Virus record (IMG/VR): IMGVR_UViG_3300038436_000256
Coordinates: 1 to 40,979 of that record
Strand: one strand, 5' to 3'
DNA length: 40,979 bases
Origin: a virus
Taxonomy: Duplodnaviria > Caudoviricetes
Position 1 is the first letter of the stretch, and every line of letters starts with the position of its first letter. Positions 26,901 through 35,376 of this stretch are shown piece after piece. Both the position numbers and the translations under genes were made by a program. Under the pieces are notes generated by a model, which saw nothing but the letters and a program-made list of their open reading frames with translations, made no database searches and was not told the origin of the DNA.

Positions 26901-29900
26901 CACGAAGCCGCGATTCTTCACGCAATATCTGTTACTGACAAAGATGTTGACGCGCACAAAAGAGTGGTCGAATTGGCGATTTCAGCGGGCAAGCCAGTAC
27001 CGCAAGCCATTTTAGATTCCTACCCCGACCTCCAGCGCAGAGAACCAGCGGAGAGCAAGCCGGAACCAGCAACCACACAGGGGGCCAGCAATGGGCAAGA
27101 AGGGCAAGGGAAGGGAGAGCTGCTGAAAGAAGAGAAGCCGTCTACCAAGGCGGCTCCAGCCTTCCCCATTTCCAAGCACGGCAGCGCGGCAATCCTCGTA
27201 TCCGGCAACCCTGACGATATCAAGGCCAAGCTGGCAGGTGCCGGTATAAAGGCCAAGGGCCGGGTAAAGAAAGGGCGCGGTATGCTGTTCCCGGTTGGGA
27301 TGGAAGGGGAGATCAGGGGGGCGCTTGAAAAGGAGGCTGATAAGACCGCCGGCACCCTCACCAACGAAGACGGAACGCCATTGGTTGTTTACCGTGGCGA
27401 CTCTCTTTCTCCTGGTTCATTAAAGCCTTCGACCGGCGGAGATTTAGGGACCGGGATATACCTGACGGAAGACAGGTCCACGGCTGAGTATTTCACCGAT
27501 GGAACCGACGAGAGCCATACCAAGGCATACAATATCAAGATGGGGAATCCATTCGGCCTCATGTCAAAAGCCCTTCCGAAAAGTAAAGGGTGGAAGGCGA
27601 TGATGAGGACTGTCCCGGAGGGATTGAATCGGGACAACCTTAGAAAGTGGGCAAAGAACGAACTTGACATCAAAAATACTTACGGGTTTCTTGCCAGGAG
27701 CTTCGGATTAACCCCGGACACCTTCAACGCCTTTCTTGAAAAGCATGGTTTCGATGGGATAATCAGCCAGGGCACAAGGGGCGTTTCTGAATACAGCCGG
27801 GAGTATGTTGTATTCTCTCCAGATCAGGTTGTGGCGGTACAGGATGATTCTGTTCAACGCGATACGGATGGAGTGGATACCGTGGAGCCAGCAGAAGTTG
27901 ATGCGGCGGCAACCACATTTGACAATGCCGCCGAAGGGGATATAATAAGTGAAGGAGGAATAGAATATGAAATATCAGAAATCAGATCCCCTGCCAGTGG
28001 TAAGCACCGGGCCGGTGGAAGTGCCATACCGGGTCAACTCGCCTTGTTTGAAAACAAGGAAATGCCGAAAGGCAAGCGGCAAAAATTCATTGAATCGTAC
28101 CCGGCTAAGATAGGAACATTCTATTCTGATTTTAAGAAAATAGAGAACGCCGAACAGGCCGCGCAGCTTGTTTCCCCTATAAGCTTTCGTTCGCAAGAGA
28201 CGTTTGCCGTTATTGCCCTTGACGCCGAAAAGCGCCCCATCTCAGTTCTTCAGCATTCAGTAGGGACAAATATAAGAAGCCAAGTCGCTCCAGGTTTGGC
28301 CGTTGGGTCAATCCTTAATACGAAAGGCGTTGATTCTGTTTGGCTTGTTCATAATCACCCGTCCGGGAATGCCACAAAAAGCGATGATGATACCAGGCTG
28401 ACCAGGCACTTTGAGAATGGGACAAGGGGGCTTGGAGTTACGGTAGTTGGCCATGTAATTGTTACTCCAAACGGGGAAGCTTCAGAGCTTGACAATCTTG
28501 GTAATTTCATCAGGACGTTCAGCATCACGGAGAAGTCGGGGAAGAATAATCCGGTTAAGGTAACCGACAGGCGGCTGAAGGGGGATAAGCACGAATACCT
28601 TGGAGGTGAGGAAATATCCTCGTCTCAGGAGGCAAGGGAGACGCTCGATAAATATTCACAAGGAAGGCCAGGGATATTGCTCTTGAACCCGCAGAACCGG
28701 CCTATCAGGTTCTTCAGTCTTCCCGTCTCAAAAATGGAACTGCTACGGGAGGACGGGAAACGCGGCGTAGCTGCTGAATTGTACAGATATTTTGATAAGC
28801 GCAATGCAGTTGCAGCGGCAATAGTCTCATTTGGAAGGAACGGGAGATACCCCCGCGCTGAACAGAATATCAGCAATTTTCTCCGTCAAGCCGGCGTGAC
28901 ATTGCTTGATATTATCGCAAACGGGAATTCTCTGGCAGATTTAGGGGAGATCAGAAATTTAGCCTCTCGCGGAGACTACGAAGGGAACCCATTTTACTCC
29001 AAATCCACCGTCGGCACCACGGACACCACCCCTGAACAGGTAACGGCAGAGCTGCGCGATTTCTTGGGGCAGGGCGAGCGTAATCTTTCCCGGGCCGGGA
29101 AGCTGGAGATTGTCAGGACCGGAATGGGATTGCCGGAGGCGGTGAGGCGCGGAGCTTTGTTCATGACGGCTTGGCACGTGATCCCGTCAACCTTTTTTGC
29201 TAACCGGGTAGGGGATTCCCCGCAAGTCAAAAGCCTTCCTGATGCTGTGATAACCGATGCCAAGCTGTTGGCTAATTTTGTTAATACTCATGCCTTCATC
29301 AAGAAGGGCCTTGACGGCTTCGATGTCCCAACGCAAAAAGCGCAACTCGGAAGAGTGCTTAGGCTTATCGAGAACGACGAGATTAGAAAGTCTGTTGTCG
29401 AGTCTATCCCTGTTGACATGATGGACATGCTCGCCGGTAAGGAGCTTACGCCCGAGGTGTTGCTCCATGATGTGTCGGTGTTCAGGGACTTGCTTTCCGT
29501 CGATGGTGATAATTTTGTAGCCCTTCCGGTTGATGTGGCCAGTAGACTTGCCAATATCGTAGCAATTGCGGGTGCAAAAAATTCTGTGCTGAGTCGATTT
29601 TATGTTGGAACTACATCGCTCAAAGGTGCGCCCGCAGACGGGGCAAATACAGGAGCGCCTTCTCTTTCTGCACTCGATAGAGCAGTGGAAGACCTTGACC
29701 CTAGCGGCCCGTTCATTGGCGATGCGCTTAACGGCTCCGCACTTCGAGCAGGTACCTTCAACCATGCTGACACCTCATTGTTTGATGATAATAACATTAT
29801 ACCAAAAAATGAGATTATTGCAACTAGTAAAATTTTCTCTGATGAAGATGTCCAGATAACCGCCCTCTATTCCAAGGACGGGTCAATTGTAGGCGCATAT

Positions 29901-32900
29901 TACCAAGGGAAAATCTACCTGGTAGCCGACCGCATGAAGCCCGGAGATGCCAAGTACGTCATGATCCACGAGGGCGCCCACGCTCTCCTTAAAGAAGACC
30001 CGCTTTTCTCCGACCAGAAGGGCCGTATCCTGGGCCGTTTCGTCTCGCTCAAGGGCAAGTCCGCCGCGGTTGATGCAGCATACTCAAGGGCAGAGAAGGC
30101 AAAGGGAAGGGTTGGCACACTGAATGAAGAGGCCCTGGCCTACTTCCTCCAGGAAAAGGCCAACCACAAGCACTCTATCTTCCGGCGGATCGTCGCGGCT
30201 ATCAAGTCGGCACTGGTCCGGCTGGGCGTGCCGGTGGACAAGCTGAACTTCCAGGAGGCTGATTTCGTCGCGCTCTTTGTTGGAGGCGTGAAAAGGTTTG
30301 CCCGCAATGTCCAGGTTGAGCAAGGGGAGTTTGCCGGGGAGGCTGAGGCGTCTTATTCCAAAGACGGCAAGCCCGTCCAGCGCGTCACCCCCGAAATGTT
30401 ACAATCCCCCGAGTTCAAGAAATGGCAGGGCGATTCAGCAATAAAGGATGTGGTCTGGCACGGGACCGACTCAAAGGGCTTCCTGCAAGACGGCTCTTGG
30501 ACCTTCGATTCGACCAAGGGCAAGAGCAAGCACCATTCGCCCCTCGCTGGCCTGGGGAACTTCTTCGCCCTGGACCGTACCGAGGCGGCAGGCTACGGCA
30601 GCAGAGGCGTGGTCAGGCCGTTTTATGTGTCGGTAGAAAATCCACTGCGGCTCAACTCCTACGATTCACGGCTGAATAACCTGAACACCAGGGAAGAGGC
30701 GGCAGCCTTCGCAAAACGGATGCAGGCGCGTGGACATGACGGGATAGTGCTGGAGGACCAGGGGCATGTTATCGTTTTCGACCCGGGCAATATCAAGTCG
30801 GCTGAGTTTAATACCGGGGAGTTCGACCGGGCGAATAAGGACGTGCGGTATTCCAGGCAGCAGTTTGAGGAAGATTTCGATGAGGACACGCGGGACGCGG
30901 CGAAGATCGTCAAGAACCGCACCCCGAAGAACGATATCACCGCGCTGGGGCAGATATTTTCTACCCCTGATTATCTGCTCAATGCAGACCCGGCAGGAAA
31001 GCGGCTCTTTGAGACGCAACCGGAGCGGCGGGACCGGCGGTTTGAACTGGAGAACGACATCTTTAACAAGACCGGCGAGAATACCGGGTTTGTCCACGAA
31101 ATGACCAAGCTGCGGAAAGAAGACCCGGCAGAGTACGAAAAGGCCAAGGACTATCTGCTCAAGACCGACAAGACCGGCGAGGCGTTCAGAATAAAGCAGT
31201 GGTCCGGGTACATTGTCAGGGGCCTTGACGGCAACGAGATCGACCGTACCGAGAAGTCGGAAGATGCCGATACCATCGCCAGGAAACAGTTTGAGACCGA
31301 GGCGGCCAGGAAGTACATCAAGCCCCTTCCCGTAGGTCTGGACCGGGTAAAGCGGTATCAGGTCGGCGACAGGATCGTTGACAACTACGATAAGGCCAGA
31401 GTGCTTTCCCGCGACATGGCCAGGGCCGACAAGACCTACATCGCCAGCTACAAAACCGAAAAGATCGAGCAGTGGGAACTGCACGACCCGAAGAAAAAGC
31501 TGGTCGGGACATTCAAGACGGAGCGTGAAGCGGTTGATGCCCTGGAACAGGCTGAACACGATTATCTATCAGGGAAGGGCTTCTCCTTCAAGGCTACCGG
31601 CGGGGTGCTGGCTTTCCGGCGGATGACCAACAGGGCTTTTGATCACCAGATAGCCGACCTGAAACAGATCATCGCCGAGTGCGAGAAGCTGAAGATCGAC
31701 CCGCCGACCGTGACCGTTGTCGATGAGTCGCGTCGCTGGGGGATATTCGGGCACGGGAAACGGGTAGGCGAATTCTCCACCAGGAAAGAGGCGGAAAACG
31801 CGGTCTACAGCCTTAAGAAAACCGATTTCGCGCAGTACAAGGGGTTGGAGGTCAGAAGGCAGCAGGACGCCGAAATAAAGAAGGAAACGACCCTGCAAGA
31901 CATCATGGCAATGATGGGTGAGCTGCGGGGCTCGTACTTCCCGAGGCAGAGGGAGGAGGGCCGGGTGATCCTGCGGGCGACGAAGGGCGAGAGCCGGATC
32001 ATGGAGAAGTTCGACTTCTACGCCATGGACCAGGAATATATCGACCCGGAGACAGGTGTGGTATCTGCCGCGAAAGTCAGGCAGGCCAGCAGCTTCATTA
32101 AAAATCTGTTCAACAGGATATCCGGACGCATACCGTTTGTCAAAACCCTGGAGAAGCGGGCGCGGCAGTTGGAGCGTGACGGCTACAAGATCAGCATCGA
32201 ACGTGATTCCTCCCTCCCGGAAACGGTGTTCGACCCGGCCGGCCTGATTGCCTCGATCAGCTCTTTGATGAATGAAGCGGTTGATCAGGTGAAGGATCAG
32301 GAACTCAGGGGCGCCGCCGCTCAGGAAGCGAATAAGATCATCCTCAACGGGCTGGCCGAACAGTTCAAGAAACGCGGGTTCCTTTCAGCCAGGATAGCCA
32401 GATCTGATGAATATTGGGAAGGGTTCGAGACTGACCCGCTCAAGGCTGGGACGCAGTACGCCAAAGGGCTGGCGGCCGGTATTGCCAAGCGCGAGACATC
32501 GCAAAAAATGGTGCTGATCATCACCGGGCGCGATGAGTCCTGGGATGACTGGAAAGCTGACAAGGAAGATCCGCAGTGGGAAGATTATCAGGAATTTGTC
32601 AGGAACAGGGCCATTGACCCGAAGCAGCAGGGCACTCTCTACAAGGAAGCGATCAGTTTCACCCGTGAGATGCTGAGAAACGACGAACAGGGCGACAGGA
32701 TCATGGGCACCTTGCGCGGGCTGGCCACGTTCAAGTTCTTGGGGTTCCGGGTAAGCTCGGCGGCGATCAACGCCACCAACATGGTCCAGGCTGTTCCGGC
32801 CACCATTTCCGCGCAGACCGGAGGGAGCATAGCGGCCGCCCTGAATGAGATCGGCAGGGCCGCCAGCATTTACGGCAAGTACCGACTCGGCAAGCTGACT

Positions 32901-34094
32901 GGAGCTGATCAAGCCATTATGGCCGACATTCACCAAAGGGGTTGGGTAGAGGCGCAGTTCAACCACGAAGCGGCCGACGCCCTGCGGAATAAGGTTGGTA
33001 ATCACATGGACACCTTCCTCGGCTGGTCAATGCTGATGTTCGGCGCGGTTGAAAAGGTGAACCGGGCGACCACCATCTTTGCCGCCTACAAGCAGTTCAA
33101 GAAACAGTTTCCGGAAATGGACCACGAAACGGCTATGGCCAAGGCCAAGCATGTTTCCGACCGGGCGCATGGCATTTACGACAAGAGCACGGCCCCGGCA
33201 TGGTCCAGGGGCGCGAACAACCCGGTAAAACTGCTCTACACCTTCGTCAAGTTCGGGCACAACTACTTGCTGAACACGGCGGAGATGATCGGCAAGGACC
33301 AATGGAAGCAGGCCGGGTACATGATCCTTTCCCCGGCGATCCTCGGCGGCATGGGTGCAAGTATTGCCACAAAAGCCCTGTTCCTGGCGCTCGGGCTTGG
33401 CAGTGACAGCGATGATCCGGAAGAGGAATTCTACGCCTGGGTGGAAGAGAAGTTCGGCAGCGATACGCTCCCCCGGCACGGCCTGGCCGGGTTGCTGGGC
33501 GTGAATATCAAGGGCAGTCTCCAGGTCAACAATCCATTCCCGACAAAGATTACCGAATTGTTCGGGGCACCCGGGGCGGTTATCTTCGACGCGGCCAAGG
33601 GGATGAAGCATCTGGGCCGGGGCGAGTTTTACAAGGCCGCTGAGGATATCATGCCGGCAGCGGTCGGCAATGTCTCCAAAGCGATCAGGGAACACCGGGA
33701 GGGCGTCACCACCGACAGTTCCACGCCGGTCTATTACGGTATGGAGCCTCTGAAGGGCACGGCGACCGAGGCGGCCATTCGCTTCCTGTCATTCAGCCCG
33801 TCCAGGATCAGCGCCGTTCGGGAAAAACAGTGGAGCGAGAAGAAAGTTGCCGGCAAGTTCGCTGATCGGAAAAGCGAAATCTATTCGCGGTTCAAACGGT
33901 TCTATCTGCGCCCGCCGGAAGATCAGGACAGCGGCGATTATGCGGAGCTGCTGAAGATGGTCGATGCCTTCAATGAAGATGTTTTTGCATCCGGCAGATA
34001 TGATATCAGCCCAATCACCGGGAAGAGCTTGACCTCTGCGATAAAGCAGTCGATGCGCCCTGGCAGGAGGGAGAGGATGCGAGAGTCGCAATAA
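23994..34094 (+). CDS. giant polyvalent virion/ejection protein (3366 aa)
   Basis: Gly/Ala-rich N-terminus; InPase-like domain (GNYKK.H...IENP.GS.RSG...YGYI...D.D.VD, ~26020-26420); ART-PolyVal-like (YRG...GTGIYLT...EYVVF, ~27370-27830); JAB/RadC (HNHPSG...S.DD, ~28140-28470); HExxH peptidase (IHEGAH, ~29965); second ART-like (WHGT...GNFFA...GHDGI...VFDP, ~30450-30850); helical C-terminus. Confidence 0.85.
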   Translation: MGILDDELGIDPFDGGSSGPDSEPLFALDRELAGYDFEDGAEEDSGDFLRGVSTTFKQVPQLLRGVEAGIGAAGEKLFGEGGDWTNIKKAGVAGYLDWSERIAKDAKLSDNLDYSWGRAKDGDLGALIDWLQYGAGYTVGQGAQILATGGAGSLIGKTALKGGVENLAAGMVKKEMATLAGSKLAGGLAAEELAKLAVSNVASKIGQTTTMALTATGMEGGEIFGGLVSGTEKEGRTPTGSELALAFGSTLAAGGLEFVGDKLGLDLMLGKSKVFSPAKTMTGVAGRAGRAGLGMAAAAPVEAGTEYAQTMLEEFGQGRDPWSEESRRQAFNAAGLGGLGGAMIGGGGGLLSPADIKTALDDSGRLLDEADALDETDMPTVDDVFAAHDKRTTAAGIMDIIERPTPEIDTVGEVLGDDLPIDQPGMSRVEQVDPISPLVRQWDEFIQRREQKKAEAVDLMPEELRPVIGTIERQLSEGETGIRFQKEDGSWDGVKSTNPDWIKKPALEKYDQVNGTSLAKRLNKLSLKATISKVRQGKELSIGQEEIWEYVQDVARTTADPEVAAASEYTRIEKEEGIELEAPHKVVVADLNDGDKVVVHKNGIPDVVTVKGRDDDGNVVLEDGNVFRLDDFDKLEISGIKRAQEVQPKATEVIEDPKSIASGQEVNTSPSESMKEAGNYKKAHVAVDGLDISIENPVGSVRSGKDKNGREWSQEIKADYGYIKGTVGHDKDHVDIFVKPGYQGGAKTVHVVNQVDPETGKFDEHKVVLGAGSAGEAMETYLANYEPGWAGGKNVVEMSTDQFKEWAKSGQAKRGELPGNEQITPSISQPKTTNEPTKQPVNLPQESPAAPPIEQQGAGQPETPSPVVPASKEPWQMSKDEWASAIESGKPGAFATSRQEDWGSLRGQGKRSGSMVKGSMRDSTLQGKRNYTDIVGKLPKEERADVYATLGDENHVLTQYAKARSGGLNHEAAILHAISVTDKDVDAHKRVVELAISAGKPVPQAILDSYPDLQRREPAESKPEPATTQGASNGQEGQGKGELLKEEKPSTKAAPAFPISKHGSAAILVSGNPDDIKAKLAGAGIKAKGRVKKGRGMLFPVGMEGEIRGALEKEADKTAGTLTNEDGTPLVVYRGDSLSPGSLKPSTGGDLGTGIYLTEDRSTAEYFTDGTDESHTKAYNIKMGNPFGLMSKALPKSKGWKAMMRTVPEGLNRDNLRKWAKNELDIKNTYGFLARSFGLTPDTFNAFLEKHGFDGIISQGTRGVSEYSREYVVFSPDQVVAVQDDSVQRDTDGVDTVEPAEVDAAATTFDNAAEGDIISEGGIEYEISEIRSPASGKHRAGGSAIPGQLALFENKEMPKGKRQKFIESYPAKIGTFYSDFKKIENAEQAAQLVSPISFRSQETFAVIALDAEKRPISVLQHSVGTNIRSQVAPGLAVGSILNTKGVDSVWLVHNHPSGNATKSDDDTRLTRHFENGTRGLGVTVVGHVIVTPNGEASELDNLGNFIRTFSITEKSGKNNPVKVTDRRLKGDKHEYLGGEEISSSQEARETLDKYSQGRPGILLLNPQNRPIRFFSLPVSKMELLREDGKRGVAAELYRYFDKRNAVAAAIVSFGRNGRYPRAEQNISNFLRQAGVTLLDIIANGNSLADLGEIRNLASRGDYEGNPFYSKSTVGTTDTTPEQVTAELRDFLGQGERNLSRAGKLEIVRTGMGLPEAVRRGALFMTAWHVIPSTFFANRVGDSPQVKSLPDAVITDAKLLANFVNTHAFIKKGLDGFDVPTQKAQLGRVLRLIENDEIRKSVVESIPVDMMDMLAGKELTPEVLLHDVSVFRDLLSVDGDNFVALPVDVASRLANIVAIAGAKNSVLSRFYVGTTSLKGAPADGANTGAPSLSALDRAVEDLDPSGPFIGDALNGSALRAGTFNHADTSLFDDNNIIPKNEIIATSKIFSDEDVQITALYSKDGSIVGAYYQGKIYLVADRMKPGDAKYVMIHEGAHALLKEDPLFSDQKGRILGRFVSLKGKSAAVDAAYSRAEKAKGRVGTLNEEALAYFLQEKANHKHSIFRRIVAAIKSALVRLGVPVDKLNFQEADFVALFVGGVKRFARNVQVEQGEFAGEAEASYSKDGKPVQRVTPEMLQSPEFKKWQGDSAIKDVVWHGTDSKGFLQDGSWTFDSTKGKSKHHSPLAGLGNFFALDRTEAAGYGSRGVVRPFYVSVENPLRLNSYDSRLNNLNTREEAAAFAKRMQARGHDGIVLEDQGHVIVFDPGNIKSAEFNTGEFDRANKDVRYSRQQFEEDFDEDTRDAAKIVKNRTPKNDITALGQIFSTPDYLLNADPAGKRLFETQPERRDRRFELENDIFNKTGENTGFVHEMTKLRKEDPAEYEKAKDYLLKTDKTGEAFRIKQWSGYIVRGLDGNEIDRTEKSEDADTIARKQFETEAARKYIKPLPVGLDRVKRYQVGDRIVDNYDKARVLSRDMARADKTYIASYKTEKIEQWELHDPKKKLVGTFKTEREAVDALEQAEHDYLSGKGFSFKATGGVLAFRRMTNRAFDHQIADLKQIIAECEKLKIDPPTVTVVDESRRWGIFGHGKRVGEFSTRKEAENAVYSLKKTDFAQYKGLEVRRQQDAEIKKETTLQDIMAMMGELRGSYFPRQREEGRVILRATKGESRIMEKFDFYAMDQEYIDPETGVVSAAKVRQASSFIKNLFNRISGRIPFVKTLEKRARQLERDGYKISIERDSSLPETVFDPAGLIASISSLMNEAVDQVKDQELRGAAAQEANKIILNGLAEQFKKRGFLSARIARSDEYWEGFETDPLKAGTQYAKGLAAGIAKRETSQKMVLIITGRDESWDDWKADKEDPQWEDYQEFVRNRAIDPKQQGTLYKEAISFTREMLRNDEQGDRIMGTLRGLATFKFLGFRVSSAAINATNMVQAVPATISAQTGGSIAAALNEIGRAASIYGKYRLGKLTGADQAIMADIHQRGWVEAQFNHEAADALRNKVGNHMDTFLGWSMLMFGAVEKVNRATTIFAAYKQFKKQFPEMDHETAMAKAKHVSDRAHGIYDKSTAPAWSRGANNPVKLLYTFVKFGHNYLLNTAEMIGKDQWKQAGYMILSPAILGGMGASIATKALFLALGLGSDSDDPEEEFYAWVEEKFGSDTLPRHGLAGLLGVNIKGSLQVNNPFPTKITELFGAPGAVIFDAAKGMKHLGRGEFYKAAEDIMPAAVGNVSKAIREHREGVTTDSSTPVYYGMEPLKGTATEAAIRFLSFSPSRISAVREKQWSEKKVAGKFADRKSEIYSRFKRFYLRPPEDQDSGDYAELLKMVDAFNEDVFASGRYDISPITGKSLTSAIKQSMRPGRRERMRESQ
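29187..29765 (-). CDS. HNH homing endonuclease nested antisense inside the giant gene
   Basis: Two CxxC...CxxxC Zn modules, GY...EHRHIME..LGR.L...EHVHHVNRDRLDNRLSNL core, C-terminal HTH; GAGGTG RBS 5 nt before ATG. Confidence 0.9.
   Translation of the reverse strand: MVEGTCSKCGAVKRIANERAARVKVFHCSIECRKRRRSCICPVCGRTFERCSSNIKSTQHRIFCTRNCYDIGKSTGHINRKGYKIITIDGKQVPEHRHIMEQHLGRKLLTGEHVHHVNRDRLDNRLSNLVVLDKPKHSSELRFLRWDIEAVKALLDEGMSINKISQQLGIGYHSIRKAFDLRGIPYPVSKKG
29796..29823 (-). promoter_or_regulatory. sigma70 extended -10 promoter for the nested HNH gene
   Basis: minus strand TTGCAA(29823-18)-N16-TATAAT(29801-796), preceded by TGG (TGn). Confidence 0.75.
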
Positions 34095-34100
34095 ATCAGT

Positions 34101-34129
34101 TTGACGAGGAAAGCTGTTTTTCATATAAT
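34101..34129 (+). promoter_or_regulatory. sigma70-type promoter of the second structural/lysis operon
   Basis: TTGACG(34101-06)-N17-TATAAT(34124-29). Confidence 0.8.
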
Positions 34130-34157
34130 GGAAGCAGCGAATAAATAATGGTTTCTC

Positions 34158-34190
34158 CGGTTTCCTGATCTACTCCGAAAGGAATTGAGA
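34158..34190 (+). promoter_or_regulatory. conserved leader RNA motif, copy B
   Basis: CGGTTTCCTGA then TCT-AC-TCC-GAAA-GGA-ATTG-AGA. Confidence 0.6.
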
Positions 34191-34243
34191 AAAGGCCCGG
34201 CAATGCGATAGGGAAAACCCCTGTCCTGTTGCCGGGCCTTTTT
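34190..34243 (+). terminator. long intrinsic terminator (possibly bidirectional)
   Basis: AAAAGGCCCGGCAA ... TTGCCGGGCCTTTTT with inner GATAGGG/CCCTGTC stem. Confidence 0.8.
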
Positions 34244-34295
34244 GCGTTTCAGGGCCTGTAGAAATTGGCATGAAAACGAAAGGAGGTTTTTGAGC

Positions 34296-35339
34296 ATGAG
34301 CAGGCAAAACGGAAGGAGAACAACGGGTGAGGCTGCTCAGACAACCTTTACCGCGGCAACAGAGATCCCGATAGTCGAAGTCCCCGGGCACCTGTACCGG
34401 ATGCAGAAGATCGCCCTTGGGACAATTCTCGGTATCAGTGCGCAGGCTGCGGGAAAAGCGGTTGTCGCTGATGCAAACGTGAATATCGGGGTAACGAAGG
34501 TTACGGCTCTCCACAACGGCACCAGCGGATCTGAAACTCAGGTAACGGCCACGGCGGCGGAGCTGAACATCCTCGACGGGGTTACTGCCAATTATTCCGA
34601 GATAAATTTCCTCGACAACGCGCTTGCCGGGACACAGGTTGCGTCAAAGGCGGTCATTGCCGATGCCAATGTCAATACCGGCGTTTCAAAAATAACAGAG
34701 CTCCATATCGGGGCTTCAGGATCGGAGGCGCGTATCCATCCGGCAACGAACCCCGGCGGCATGGCCGCAGCCTATATCGACTTCAACGCCACGGCTGAAC
34801 CGGCAATGTCGGTCACGATCAACGGTGTTGTCTATCTTGAGGCCGATGCTGAAGACTTCCCGAACGGCATCTGGACGAACGGGGCGAGCGCCGCCAACTC
34901 AGCGGCAAGCCTTATCTCTGCGATCAACGGAGACACCAGGGCAGCTGCTCCATGCACGGCAATCGCAGACCTGTCAGGTGATGGGGCCTGGCTGTTCTGG
35001 GATGCGGTCGGGACCGCCGGAAACGTTACGATTTCGACCACCAGCGCGTCAAACTGCACGGTGCAGAACTCCACCGGCGGCGAGGCGGCTGCGGTCAAGA
35101 AGGTGTGCAACATCACGCATACCGTCAATACCCAGGAGCTTCTTTCCGGAGCGGTTGAAATTCCGATCCCGTTCACGCCGACTGGATTCAACATCAACGC
35201 CTTCAGTTCCACGGGCACCCCGATTTACTTCACCGACTTGGTAACAATCCAAGCCAGCCCGGCCAGAATCAGGATTGATACGGACGGGGCCACCAACCTT
35301 GCAAACACCAATGTTGTACATTTGACAGCATGGGAATGA
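34296..35339 (+). CDS. virion structural protein (fibre/appendage-like)
   Basis: AGGAGG RBS; ATAAELNILDGVT motif; duplicated KAV.ADANVN.GV.K.T.LH.G.SGSE segment; A/T/G-rich. Confidence 0.6.
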   Translation: MSRQNGRRTTGEAAQTTFTAATEIPIVEVPGHLYRMQKIALGTILGISAQAAGKAVVADANVNIGVTKVTALHNGTSGSETQVTATAAELNILDGVTANYSEINFLDNALAGTQVASKAVIADANVNTGVSKITELHIGASGSEARIHPATNPGGMAAAYIDFNATAEPAMSVTINGVVYLEADAEDFPNGIWTNGASAANSAASLISAINGDTRAAAPCTAIADLSGDGAWLFWDAVGTAGNVTISTTSASNCTVQNSTGGEAAAVKKVCNITHTVNTQELLSGAVEIPIPFTPTGFNINAFSSTGTPIYFTDLVTIQASPARIRIDTDGATNLANTNVVHLTAWE

Positions 35340-35376
35340 TAACCGATTAACTCGATTCGAGTAGGGGGCAGAAATA

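Noticed and set aside
29178-29831. Intein or group I/II intron explaining the insert
   Set aside because: No C/S...HN-C/S/T intein ends on the + strand, no P/Q/R/S elements, no group II termini, and almost no non-coding space for a ribozyme.
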